Source: an uncultured Christensenella sp. (lineage in GTDB: Bacteria > Bacillota > Clostridia > Christensenellales > DTU072). From it: a stretch of DNA of 64,000 nt. How positions within the stretch are numbered: the stretch's first letter is position 1; every line of letters begins with the position of its first letter. This document shows positions 1-8,908 of the stretch, piece after piece. Under the pieces are notes generated by a model. That model was not told the DNA's origin, did not search any database, and saw only the letters and a program-made list of their open reading frames with translations. The translations under genes were made by a program, and so were the position numbers. The DNA lies in NCBI GenBank assembly GCA_964620655.1, contig CAZUJW010000002.1, positions 4,144-68,143 of the forward strand, given 5' to 3'.

Positions 1-38
1 TACCGTTTTTTTTTATGAATAAACATAAAGGAGATTTT

Positions 39-1031
39 ATGATAGAGATACAAAACCTATGCAAGACCTACGGTTCCGCAAAAGAAAAGTTCGTCGCGTT
101 GAAAGACGTAAACTTAAAAATCGAAGACGGCGATATCTACGGAATAATCGGTCTGTCGGGGGCGGGAAAATCGACGCTCGTAAGGTGCATAAACTTACTC
201 GAACGCCCCACCTGCGGCAAAATTCTTATCGACGGCGAAGACCTGACTTCCGCAGACAAAAAACGACTTCGCGAAATACGCAGAAGCGTGTCGATGATTT
301 TTCAACAGTTTAATTTGTTGCAACAACGGAGCGTCCTTAAAAACGTGGAGCTTGCGGGAGAACTAAGCAAAGACGACGACAGAAAAGAACGCGCGAAAAA
401 GCTGTTGGAGACGGTGGGACTCGGCGACAAACTTAACGCCTATCCGTCGCAACTGTCGGGCGGACAGCAACAGAGAGTGGCGATAGCCCGAGCTCTTATG
501 ACCAATCCGAAAATCCTTTTGTGTGACGAAGCGACGAGCGCGCTCGACCCGGAAACGACTAAATCCATATTGGAACTACTGAAAGAACTCAACAAAAAAC
601 TCGGTCTTACGATAGTGATAATCTCCCATCAGATGTCGGTAATCGAAGCCGTCTGCAACAAGGTAGCTATAATAGACCACTCTGAAATAGTGACGCAAGG
701 GTATCTGCAAGACGTATTTTTGTCACCCAAAGAGCCTATTGCAAAAAAACTTATCTATTCGGGCAAGATAAACGCCGGTTTTGCGGGAGAGAAGTTTATT
801 AAGCTCGTTTTCGACGGTTCTACCGACAAACCGATAATAACGAACATAATACAAGAATGTAACATTCTTCTGTCCATAATCTATGCGGAGACGAAAATAA
901 TAAACGATAAAATTTACGGACAGACGATATTCAGACTGCCGTACTACGAGGAAGATATACAAAAACTCTGCGCATATCTCGACGAGAACGGCGTAAAATT
1001 CGAGGAGGTGGACAGCGATGACTTTTGTTGA
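39..1031 (+). CDS. metN: Methionine ABC transporter ATP-binding protein (MetN-like)
   Basis: Walker A GLSGAGKST, ABC signature LSGGQQQR and Walker B LLCDEATSALD, plus a C-terminal NIL-type domain. RBS AAAGGAG at 27-33 favours ATG 39 over the track start at 15. Followed by metI/metQ-like genes. Confidence 0.9.
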   Translation: MIEIQNLCKTYGSAKEKFVALKDVNLKIEDGDIYGIIGLSGAGKSTLVRCINLLERPTCGKILIDGEDLTSADKKRLREIRRSVSMIFQQFNLLQQRSVLKNVELAGELSKDDDRKERAKKLLETVGLGDKLNAYPSQLSGGQQQRVAIARALMTNPKILLCDEATSALDPETTKSILELLKELNKKLGLTIVIISHQMSVIEAVCNKVAIIDHSEIVTQGYLQDVFLSPKEPIAKKLIYSGKINAGFAGEKFIKLVFDGSTDKPIITNIIQECNILLSIIYAETKIINDKIYGQTIFRLPYYEEDIQKLCAYLDENGVKFEEVDSDDFC

Positions 1032-1689
1032 TATTCTTTTACTTACCGGCGAAACCCTGCTTATGACCGTTCTTTCCACGGCGCTTGCTTACGTCTTCGG
1101 TCTTCCTTGCGGAATACTTCTTAACGTGACGAGCAAAAACGGACTTAAACCGTGCAGGTGGCTTAACGTAGCAGTAGGATTTATCGTAAACGTATTGCGT
1201 TCAGTCCCCTGTCTTATAATAATCGTGCTGTGCATACCGTGGTCGCGGGCGTGGTTCGGTATCGGTACGGGAGCCTGGTACACTATCATTATCCCCCTCA
1301 CCGTTTGCGCGTTCGGGTTCGTTTCGAGAATGGTCGAACAGTCCCTTGCGGAAGTGCCTGCCGGCGAGATAGAAGCGGTTCGTTCTCTCGGCGCGACGGA
1401 TTTTCAGTTAATAACAAAAGTTCTGCTCCCCGAATCGAAAGCTTCGCTCATTACGGGCGCGGCGGTGGTCGCGGTAAGCATTATAGGCTACACGTCGTTT
1501 GCGTACAACATCGGCGCGGGCGGACTTATTTCGGGGATATACACCTATTACACCCGACACACGGGAGATTATCTTAAACAAGCCACGTTCTGGATACTCA
1601 TCGCCGTAGTGGTCGTAATCGTCCAACTCATACAGGAATTTGGACTTAAACTTGCAAAAAAAATCGATAAAAGGAGAATATTAAAATGA
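1018..1689 (+). CDS. metI: Methionine ABC transporter permease (MetI-like)
   Basis: Polytopic membrane protein with an ABC permease EAA-like loop (EAVRSLGAT). GAGGAGG RBS just upstream. Overlaps the metN stop, suggesting translational coupling. Confidence 0.85.
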   Translation: MTFVDILLLTGETLLMTVLSTALAYVFGLPCGILLNVTSKNGLKPCRWLNVAVGFIVNVLRSVPCLIIIVLCIPWSRAWFGIGTGAWYTIIIPLTVCAFGFVSRMVEQSLAEVPAGEIEAVRSLGATDFQLITKVLLPESKASLITGAAVVAVSIIGYTSFAYNIGAGGLISGIYTYYTRHTGDYLKQATFWILIAVVVVIVQLIQEFGLKLAKKIDKRRILK

Positions 1690-2585
1690 AAAAACTCACC
1701 ACAACATTACTCATTCTGACTCTGTGCGTCGTATGCGTATTTGCTGCGTTCTCACTCACCGCTTGCAAATCTTCCGCAACGACTTTCGAAATATGCGACG
1801 ACGACTCCAACGCCGTCCGCGCCTTCCAGCTTTTAGAAGCGAAAGGGGTTATTTCGAAAGAAGCCGAAGGCGACAACTATCCTATTACCGACGACGGCAA
1901 ACTCAATATATCCGAAGCCAATAAGTCGTGGACAAACAAAGCAGGCACCGTTAAGGTAACTTTGGTCGCCGAAAACTTACTTGTGCCGTCCATGGGCGAC
2001 TACGACTATGCCGTTCTTCCCTGCAACACCGCTTACACCGGCAAAATAACCGCCGATAAGAGAGCCAACGTCGAAGACGACGCCGTTCAGGTATCCGGCA
2101 AAGCCAACGTGCTTGCCGCAAGAAAGAACGATTACGCCAACGACGCCGCATACAAGCAAAAAATCGACGCTCTTACGAACGCTCTTCTGTCCGCGGAAGT
2201 GTCCGCTTACTTTAACGACAAATACTTAGGCGCAATGACCTGCGACTCTTCCACTCAGATAGATTTGAGAGAAACTAAGGACGCTACCGTAAACGGAAAC
2301 GGAACCGAAATAAAAGTCTGCGCGTCCGACACGCCGCATGCGGAAGTTCTTAACGGTTGCGTAAAAGCTCTTCTTGCCGACAAAGGCTACGACCTTAAAG
2401 TAACCGTTCTTGACTGGACTTTACAAAACGACGCCGTAGCTAACGGAGAATACGACGCAAACTATTTCCAACATATCCCCTATCTCGAAACCTACGCCGG
2501 TAAAGTAGAACTTTTCGCCGCATGCAAAGTTCATTACGAACCGCTCGGAATTTATTACGGCAAAGCTACCGAATGGAAATTCTAA
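1686..2585 (+). CDS. metQ: MetQ/NlpA-family substrate-binding lipoprotein
   Basis: Signal peptide with lipobox LTAC. The C-terminal region (HIPYLE, YEPLGIY) resembles NlpA/MetQ binding proteins. Third gene of the metNIQ arrangement. Confidence 0.8.
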   Translation: MKKLTTTLLILTLCVVCVFAAFSLTACKSSATTFEICDDDSNAVRAFQLLEAKGVISKEAEGDNYPITDDGKLNISEANKSWTNKAGTVKVTLVAENLLVPSMGDYDYAVLPCNTAYTGKITADKRANVEDDAVQVSGKANVLAARKNDYANDAAYKQKIDALTNALLSAEVSAYFNDKYLGAMTCDSSTQIDLRETKDATVNGNGTEIKVCASDTPHAEVLNGCVKALLADKGYDLKVTVLDWTLQNDAVANGEYDANYFQHIPYLETYAGKVELFAACKVHYEPLGIYYGKATEWKF

Positions 2586-2616
2586 CTAATCGGTATTAAC
2601 CTTTTCCTAAAACAAA

Positions 2617-2640
2617 AGCCTCGAAATTCGGGGCTTTTTC
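2617..2640 (+). terminator. Rho-independent terminator after metQ (also usable from the minus strand for cysK)
   Basis: Stem AGCCTCG/CGGGGCT (7 bp including one G-U), loop AAATT, then T5. An A-run lies upstream. Confidence 0.7.
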
Positions 2641-2686
2641 GTTAAGCCGAATTCGGGTTTTTATTAAATCGAATTCGGGTTTTTTG
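2617..2686. repeat. Three tandem CGAA(A)TTCGGG(G) + T-run units between convergent metQ and cysK
   Basis: The units read cgaaattcggggcttttt, ccgaattcgggttttt and tcgaattcgggttttttg. Each has a palindromic core containing GAATTC followed by a T-run. Confidence 0.6.
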
Positions 2687-2704
2687 CTTTTTCGCCGAAA
2701 TAAA

Positions 2705-3631
2705 TTACAGCGAATACAAGTCGGTACTTAAATATCTTTCGCCCGTGTCGGGGAACACGACTACGATATTTTTATCCTTATTATCGCCGTCGGCGGCTAT
2801 CTTGCAGGCGGCGCAAAGAGCTGCTCCGCTGCTTATACCGCACAAAAGACCTTCGGTTTTTGCTAAATCTCTCGCATACCCGAAGGCTTCTTCGTCACTT
2901 ACGGTAAGGACTTTATCCATTACTTTTACGTCGAGAAGGGACGGAATAAAGTTGGCGCCTATTCCCTGAATTTTATGTTTTCCCGCATGTCCAACGGATA
3001 AAAGCGGAGAAGAAGCGGGTTCTACTCCGATTACTTTCACGTCGGGAAGTTCTCTTTTTAAGACCTTACCTACTCCGGTGACCGTTCCGCCGCTGCCGAA
3101 AGCCGACACGAAATAGTCTACCTTGCCGTCGGTATCTTCGAGAATCTCTATTGCGGTGGTACGTTCGTGAGCTAACGCATTTGCGGGATTGGCGAACTGG
3201 TCGGGCATAAAGGCGTTAAGTTCTTTTACGAGTTCTTTCGCCTTGTCGACGGCTCCCTGCATCCCGAGAGAACCGGGCGTAAGGACTATTTCCGCTCCGT
3301 ACGCTTTTGCAAGTTTACGCCTTTCCTCGCTCATTGTTTCGGGCATGGTCAATATAAGTCTGTATCCTCTTATCGAGCATATCCACGCAAGACCTATTCC
3401 CGTGTTGCCGCTGGTGGGTTCTACGACCGTTCCGCCTTCTTTAAGAAGCCCTTTTTCTTCGGCGTCGTTAATCATAAATAACGCCGCTCTGTCTTTCACG
3501 GAAGAACCGGGGTTAAAAAATTCTACTTTAGCATAAATTTTTCCGCAGAGATTATACTTTTTTTCGAGTCGTTCCATTCTCACAAGCGGAGTGTGACCGA
3601 TAAGTAAAGTTGCGTCGTCGTATATTTTCAT
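2705..3631 (-). CDS. cysK: Cysteine synthase A (O-acetylserine sulfhydrylase)
   Basis: 308 aa. PLP-lysine motif NPGSSVKDR, TSGNTG loop and GSGGTVTG glycine loop. AAGGAG RBS. Confidence 0.9.
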   Translation of the reverse strand: MKIYDDATLLIGHTPLVRMERLEKKYNLCGKIYAKVEFFNPGSSVKDRAALFMINDAEEKGLLKEGGTVVEPTSGNTGIGLAWICSIRGYRLILTMPETMSEERRKLAKAYGAEIVLTPGSLGMQGAVDKAKELVKELNAFMPDQFANPANALAHERTTAIEILEDTDGKVDYFVSAFGSGGTVTGVGKVLKRELPDVKVIGVEPASSPLLSVGHAGKHKIQGIGANFIPSLLDVKVMDKVLTVSDEEAFGYARDLAKTEGLLCGISSGAALCAACKIAADGDNKDKNIVVVFPDTGERYLSTDLYSL

Positions 3632-3663
3632 ATTGCTTATCTCCTTTTACTATATTACTATAT

Positions 3664-3688
3664 TAAAAAACGGCGTTTTTACCGCCGT
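3664..3688 (-). terminator. Rho-independent terminator after the Crp/Fnr gene
   Basis: Stem ACGGCG/CGCCGT with a 7-nt loop. On the minus strand it is followed by T6 (plus-strand A-run 3665-3670). Confidence 0.6.
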
Positions 3689-3711
3689 CTCTTTCGTAGT
3701 TTAATAAAAAA

Positions 3712-4410
3712 CTATTCAGCCGATTCGGCGAGTTTTTTCAAGGCTTCCAAGTCCTTGATTACTATTATCTCTTTACGGAAAGTGAACATATCGTCGTTGT
3801 CTCTCATTCTGCCCATTTCTCTGGACATACTCGGACGGCTTACGTTAAGGTACTTTGCCATTTCGTTACGGTTCATACCGAGACTTACCGTAAGAGAATT
3901 CTGTTCGCAATACTTGTCGTAAATAAGTTTAGCTATCTTATTACGCATACCTTTCGTCGTTATATAATCGTTGTTATCTTCGAGAGCTTCTATTCTTTCG
4001 CTCATCGCGCGCAAAAGATTTTTTATAAGTTTGGACTTGAATTCTCCGTCGCCTACGTCGGAACCGAAAATGCTTTCCGCCGCTATATACAAAACGGTAC
4101 TGTCGAGAGCAGCCACGACGTAATACCCTAAATTCCTGCCGGGGTTATAACAATGCGAGAGTCCGAAGTATTCGCCGTCTATAAGAGAACGTATAACTTC
4201 TCTCTTGCCGCTGTTTTTTGTTGTGAATTCCACCAAGTTGCCTTCGAGAAGTATGCAGATTTCTTCGGGAAAGTCGTTCTCTTTCGCGACGAGCTGTCCG
4301 CGGGAATATTTTACTATACGGGCTTGCAGATAATCGAAAGCTTCGTTGATTTCCGCGTCGGTAAAACCGTCGAAAAGGGAGCATTTTTTGATTTGCTTAA
4401 TTATTCTCAT
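3712..4410 (-). CDS. Crp/Fnr-family transcriptional regulator
   Basis: N-terminal cNMP-binding-like beta-roll (LFDGFTD...GEYFGL) and C-terminal HTH (MNRNEMAKYLNVSRPSMSREM). GAGGA RBS favours the internal ATG at 4410 over the track start at 4434. Confidence 0.75.
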   Translation of the reverse strand: MRIIKQIKKCSLFDGFTDAEINEAFDYLQARIVKYSRGQLVAKENDFPEEICILLEGNLVEFTTKNSGKREVIRSLIDGEYFGLSHCYNPGRNLGYYVVAALDSTVLYIAAESIFGSDVGDGEFKSKLIKNLLRAMSERIEALEDNNDYITTKGMRNKIAKLIYDKYCEQNSLTVSLGMNRNEMAKYLNVSRPSMSREMGRMRDNDDMFTFRKEIIVIKDLEALKKLAESAE

Positions 4411-4637
4411 TCTATCCTCACTGTTCCGTAGCACACGCTACAAATGAGATTTTACCCTAAATCGATAATTCTGTCAAGAAAAAGGCTCGGAAAATTTGAC
4501 AAATATACGAAATATTTACAGTAAATCGAGTCTGGCGAAAACCAGACGAAAATTATGAAATACTCGGTGCGAGTTGTGTTTTTTTTATCGTGATGCTATA
4601 CTTAATGTTAACAAAAATCATCTCAACGGAGAAAAGT

Positions 4638-5321
4638 ATGAAAGTCGTAAATAATTTTGTTAATTCGATAAAACGCCTGCTCGACAGCAACGTGATTACA
4701 GCGGGAAGAGAGATAAGAAGTTTTCTTATAACTCTTACCGAAGACGAAGAAACGAAAGATATTCTGCGCGCGGTAAGCAGCGGATATTCAATAAACGAAG
4801 ATTATAAAAGAGTGATTATAGAACGCGGACCGCTGCCTAATTCCGACGCGAAAAAAGTGGCGTTCGTGACGGCTCTTCTGTTTGCGATAGACACGGGCAG
4901 ATTGGACTTATCCGACCTTCTCAAAAAACTTTTTCCGCAACTCGACACGGCGGACGGATACTCAGAATTTATAAAAACATTCCTTCGTCCGTATGCGGAG
5001 AGTTTCGTTAATCTCTCAATCGGAGAACCTATCCCCGACATCAAGGAACCGAAAACGCCGATTTTGGACAAAATGGAATCCGACGTCACCGCCGCGGTGA
5101 ACGAAATTATCGCAAAAGTCTCTTCCGAATATCAGGCGGAAGAAATAAAATCGGCGGTCAAGTTTGCGGGTAACGGTCTTATCTATGCGCTGACTTTCAA
5201 GGACTCTTTCCTTACCGAAATAGCCTATAACGGACTTATGGTAACGCTCCGTCTTTACGGCGTAAAAACCGAAGCGGAAAATTTATTGACTTCCACGTTA
5301 AGACTGTACGGAGTAATTTAA
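4638..5321 (+). CDS. Hypothetical protein (no family recognised)
   Basis: GGAGAA RBS precedes ATG 4638; the track start at 4590 is a GTG with no RBS. The stop overlaps the start of the AEC transporter (TAATG). The C-terminus repeats TLRLYGV twice. Confidence 0.5.
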   Translation: MKVVNNFVNSIKRLLDSNVITAGREIRSFLITLTEDEETKDILRAVSSGYSINEDYKRVIIERGPLPNSDAKKVAFVTALLFAIDTGRLDLSDLLKKLFPQLDTADGYSEFIKTFLRPYAESFVNLSIGEPIPDIKEPKTPILDKMESDVTAAVNEIIAKVSSEYQAEEIKSAVKFAGNGLIYALTFKDSFLTEIAYNGLMVTLRLYGVKTEAENLLTSTLRLYGVI

Positions 5322-6241
5322 TGCAGTTTTCGACTACGGCTATAAACGTTCTTATACTCTTCCTTTATTTTATCCCGGGGTATATCCTGATAAAGACGAA
5401 GGCAGTTAAAGAAGACCAGATAAAGGCTTTTGCGAAAGTTCTTTTATACGTTTGTCAACCCTGCCTTTCCATATACTCTTTTCAGAAAGCGAGCTACTCA
5501 CTTGAACTCGTGAAAAATATGGGGATATTCGTAGGGCTAAATATAGCTTTGATGCTTATTATCCTTTTCGGGTGCTATTTAGCACTCCGCAAAAAGTACG
5601 ACGACTGCCGTAACAGAATTCTTACTCTCGCCGCTACTTTCGGTAACGTGGGATTTATCGGTATCCCCTTACTTGAAGCCTTACTCCCCGATAATCCCGA
5701 AGTAATAGCCTACAACGCAGTGTTTATAGTCGCAATGAACGTGATGAGTTGGACTCTCGGATTTTTTATCCTTACCGGCGACAAAAAGTATTTTCACCCG
5801 AAAAAAATCTTCCTTAACCCGCCCGTGCTTTCTCTTCTTGTATCGTTACCGCTGTTTTTTACAAAAACGACTCTCCCGACCGTCTTAGGTAACGGTATCG
5901 GACTTTTAGGAAAAATGACCACGCCGTTATGTATGATGATAGCGGGTATGCGTTTCGCCACGTCCGATATAAAAGCTCTCTTTACCGAACCGAGAGTCTA
6001 TATTTCTTCCGCTCTTAAACTTATAGTAATGCCTCTTTTGGCTTTTCTTGCTGTAAATTGGCTTCCCGTCGATTATCCTATTAAAGCCACTATGGTAATA
6101 CTCTGCGCCTGCCCTACGGCAAGTCTTGTGCTTAACTTTGCCGAAGTCTACGGCAACGGACAAAAAACCGCGTCGTATATGGTGCTTGCGTCTACTATAT
6201 TTTCGATGATTACAATACCGATTGTCCTACTTATACTTTAA
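5321..6241 (+). CDS. AEC (auxin efflux carrier) family transporter
   Basis: 306 aa with about 10 predicted TM helices. Sequence resembles the membrane transport protein (AEC) family. Confidence 0.8.
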   Translation: MQFSTTAINVLILFLYFIPGYILIKTKAVKEDQIKAFAKVLLYVCQPCLSIYSFQKASYSLELVKNMGIFVGLNIALMLIILFGCYLALRKKYDDCRNRILTLAATFGNVGFIGIPLLEALLPDNPEVIAYNAVFIVAMNVMSWTLGFFILTGDKKYFHPKKIFLNPPVLSLLVSLPLFFTKTTLPTVLGNGIGLLGKMTTPLCMMIAGMRFATSDIKALFTEPRVYISSALKLIVMPLLAFLAVNWLPVDYPIKATMVILCACPTASLVLNFAEVYGNGQKTASYMVLASTIFSMITIPIVLLIL

Positions 6242-6270
6242 TGTAAAAACCATTCCTTTGACAAAAAACT

Positions 6271-6294
6271 AAGGCGTCGCAAAAGCGACGCCTT
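6271..6294. terminator. Bidirectional hairpin terminator between the AEC transporter and the DUF1858 gene
   Basis: Perfect 10-bp stem AAGGCGTCGC/GCGACGCCTT with loop AAAA. T-rich flank on the minus-strand side. Confidence 0.65.
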
Positions 6295-6324
6295 AATCAT
6301 AATTTTTACGTTACCGCAGTGTTT

Positions 6325-6531
6325 TTACGCTTTCGCAGCTTCGTTAAGAGCTTTGAGCATTTCGTCGGGGTCGTATCCGTGCGCGATAGCGGCTTGTTCT
6401 ATGGTTTCGCCGTGACTTAAAGCGCAACCTAAGCAGTGCATTCCGAAATTACCGAGAACGTCCGCCATAGCTTCCACGTTTACTCCTTCGGTCTTAAAAG
6501 CGTCGATTAAGAGCATATCTTTGGTCAACAT
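6325..6531 (-). CDS. DUF1858 / hybrid-cluster-protein-associated redox disulfide-like small protein
   Basis: 68 aa with a CxxC motif (HCLGCALS) and the typical ending ...GYDPDEMLKALNEA. GGAGG RBS precedes the internal ATG at 6531. Confidence 0.6.
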   Translation of the reverse strand: MLTKDMLLIDAFKTEGVNVEAMADVLGNFGMHCLGCALSHGETIEQAAIAHGYDPDEMLKALNEAAKA

Positions 6532-6668
6532 ATATCCTTTACCTCCGTAAGTGTTTTTTATTTGGTACGGATATAGTATATATCTTTCGGCGTTTTTTTT
6601 CAAGGCTTTTTCCTAAGTTGCGGAGTAATCGTAATTTATTTTTTCAAAGCGGCTTAATATTTCCCGTT

Positions 6669-7349
6669 TTACTTCTCGCCTATGGTGAGATAAGTGTACG
6701 GATCGGCTGCTTCGCCGTTTTCGTAAAGGCAGAAATGAACGTGCGCTCCGTCGAGATACTCGTTCGTGGCAGTAACCCCCATAGTGCCTATCACTTCCCC
6801 TTTCAGTACGGTTTGTCCTACGGTTACGGCAGGTTCGTTAAGGGAAGAATAAGTGGTGGTAAGTTTATCGTTATGAGTAATGGTCACGGTATAACCGTTA
6901 AGGACGTCGTATTTTATATTGCTTACCCTGCCCGAATATACACTCATTACGCTGTCGCCGTCGTTACCGGCGAAGTCGATACCCGTATGCACGGCGTAAT
7001 GTTTTAAGGTAGCGTTCCAGACCAAAGTGTCTGCGGAATAATCTTTAAGAATATTGACGTCGGCTACGGGGCAGGCGAATACTATCGCCGTGGGCGTAGG
7101 AATGACGGGTTCGGTGGGCGTGGGGTTTATCGTGGGATTGTCGTCGTCGGGTTTTACCGCGTCGTCGGTGGACGGAGTGATATCCTGCGAAGGACCTACT
7201 GGGTCGACTGCGTCCTTATTGTCTTTGACTACGAGAGCTACGGTGACCATTGCGGCTATCGCGATAAGGCAAACTCCCATAATAATGTAATACACGTTCT
7301 TTTTAAGGAAAGTTTTGAATTTCCCGTTCGTTGCGCGTTTCTTTTCCAT
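6669..7349 (-). CDS. M23-family (LytM-type) metallopeptidase with N-terminal membrane anchor
   Basis: HxxxD motif (HTGIDF) and HxH-like motif (GAHVHF). One N-terminal TM helix and a Pro/Thr-rich linker. GGAGG RBS precedes the ATG at 7349. Confidence 0.8.
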   Translation of the reverse strand: MEKKRATNGKFKTFLKKNVYYIIMGVCLIAIAAMVTVALVVKDNKDAVDPVGPSQDITPSTDDAVKPDDDNPTINPTPTEPVIPTPTAIVFACPVADVNILKDYSADTLVWNATLKHYAVHTGIDFAGNDGDSVMSVYSGRVSNIKYDVLNGYTVTITHNDKLTTTYSSLNEPAVTVGQTVLKGEVIGTMGVTATNEYLDGAHVHFCLYENGEAADPYTYLTIGEK

Positions 7350-7471
7350 TTTTACCTCCATATGGACTTGCTTTTTGATGTCCATACGATTATGGTCAGG
7401 ATTTTTTCCTTTTATACCTGCTAAAAAACAAAAATTATTCTTGCGACCCGTTCTTTTTCATAGACTAAAAC

Positions 7472-8452
7472 GTGAAAGTAAAAAAACCACGTTTTTCCAA
7501 ACGATATTTTTATATAGCCTTAGTGACGGCAGCGACTATCCCTATCGTAATTTTCCCGGACAGATACCTGCCGTCGGTAAGTTACGGTCTTAATTTATTC
7601 GTCCTTAACGTATTCCCCGCTCTGTTTCCTTTCTTTTTCTTTTCCACTATTCTTTCGCAACTTAACTTCGGTTACGACTTGGGACTCGTGATGAAAAAAC
7701 CGTTAAAAAAACTTTACAACGCGCCGCCCGTAGCGGGTTACGTTTTTATTATGAGCCTTTTATGCGGATACCCTATCGGGGCGAAACTCCTTTCCGACTT
7801 CTATTCCGACGGGCTTATTACGAAAGAAGAAGTAAAATCGGTAGCGAGTTTTACTTCGACTTCGGGTCCGCTTTTTATCGTGGGTACGGTGGGCGTAACC
7901 ATGCTCGGCAACAAAACCGCGGGGTTTATCATTTTAATAAGCCACTATCTCGCCACCGTAATTAACGGTCTTATTTTCCGAAGAAGAAAATCGACGGACA
8001 AAAAATCGACTCTCGCTCCGCCCTTAACAGACGCGGACGGCGTGCTTAAAAAGAGTATGATATCCGCTTTGCTGTCCGTTGCCGTGGTGGGAGGGTTCAT
8101 CTCGGTATTCAATCTCGTCCTCGATATATGCGCCGACGTGAAAATAATAGAGTGCCTTTCCTTTCCGCTAATTAAGTGCGGCGTGGATAAGTCGCTTAGC
8201 GAAGGGATAATCTCGGCTTTTATAGAAATAACGAAAGGCTGTCTTATCGTGTCTAAGTCGGGTTTGCCCGTAAAAATAACCGCTCCCGTATGCGCCCTTT
8301 TAATAACCAACGGCGGACTTAGCGTAACTATGCAAAGTCTTACTTTTTTGGGTAAATGTAAAATATCCCCTGCGTATTACCTTCTGTTTAAGGTGACGCA
8401 AGGGATATTGGCTTTTTTTATATGTTTTTTACTGTCCTTATTGTGGCTTTGA
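7472..8452 (+). CDS. ylbJ: YlbJ-like sporulation integral membrane protein (nucleoside-recognition/gate domain)
   Basis: 326 aa polytopic protein whose N-terminus aligns by eye with Bacillus YlbJ. It neighbours rsmD/coaD as in the Bacillus ylbH-ylbI-ylbJ cluster. GTG start with no clear RBS. Confidence 0.6.
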   Translation: MKVKKPRFSKRYFYIALVTAATIPIVIFPDRYLPSVSYGLNLFVLNVFPALFPFFFFSTILSQLNFGYDLGLVMKKPLKKLYNAPPVAGYVFIMSLLCGYPIGAKLLSDFYSDGLITKEEVKSVASFTSTSGPLFIVGTVGVTMLGNKTAGFIILISHYLATVINGLIFRRRKSTDKKSTLAPPLTDADGVLKKSMISALLSVAVVGGFISVFNLVLDICADVKIIECLSFPLIKCGVDKSLSEGIISAFIEITKGCLIVSKSGLPVKITAPVCALLITNGGLSVTMQSLTFLGKCKISPAYYLLFKVTQGILAFFICFLLSLLWL

Positions 8453-8887
8453 CTGTTTGTTGGGAGAGCATTGTTCGGCAAAATATTTTATCGACGAGTC
8501 CACTTCCGTGCTAATGCCCTTTAACATATTTTGCAGCTGATTTAAGTTTTTGATAACGTTCTGTGCGATGTGGGTTTCTATCTGCCCACTTTTTGCGGCG
8601 GCTTCTCTTACCGTCTTATCCGCCATGGCTCTGGCTTCGGCTATTATTATGCTCTCGTCCAAAATCTGCTCTTTGCGCTGTTCGGCTGTGGCGACTATTT
8701 TCTGCGCTCTGTCGTTGGCTTCGGCAAGAACGTTGCTGCCGTCGAGTTCATTGAGCGAAATGCGGATTCTTTTCACGAGATTAAGTACGTTTTCACCGTT
8801 TATTATAATCCCGTTGCCCATAAAGGTTTTTTTCCCTTCAAGAACTTCCGTTTCTATATAACTGAGCAATAAATTTATATCTTCCAT
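8438..8887 (-). CDS. Hypothetical coiled-coil protein
   Basis: 149 aa, Ala/Glu/Lys/Gln-rich helical sequence. Last ORF of the atp-aconitase-rsmD::coaD run. Its 3' end overlaps the ylbJ 3' end by 15 nt. Confidence 0.5.
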   Translation of the reverse strand: MEDINLLLSYIETEVLEGKKTFMGNGIIINGENVLNLVKRIRISLNELDGSNVLAEANDRAQKIVATAEQRKEQILDESIIIAEARAMADKTVREAAAKSGQIETHIAQNVIKNLNQLQNMLKGISTEVDSSIKYFAEQCSPNKQSKPQ

Positions 8888-8908
8888 TTTTCTCCTATGC
8901 GACGGTCA

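Noticed and set aside
15-38. N-terminal extensions given by the ORF track (metN 15, crp 4434, hypothetical 4590, DUF1858 6603, M23 7385, partner gene 19146, rpiB 33311, FAD gene 57217, SGNH-like 59073)
   Set aside because: In each case a downstream ATG is preceded at 5-9 nt by a GGAGG/GGAGA-type RBS and matches the usual family N-terminus, while the upstream start has no RBS or overlaps the preceding gene.
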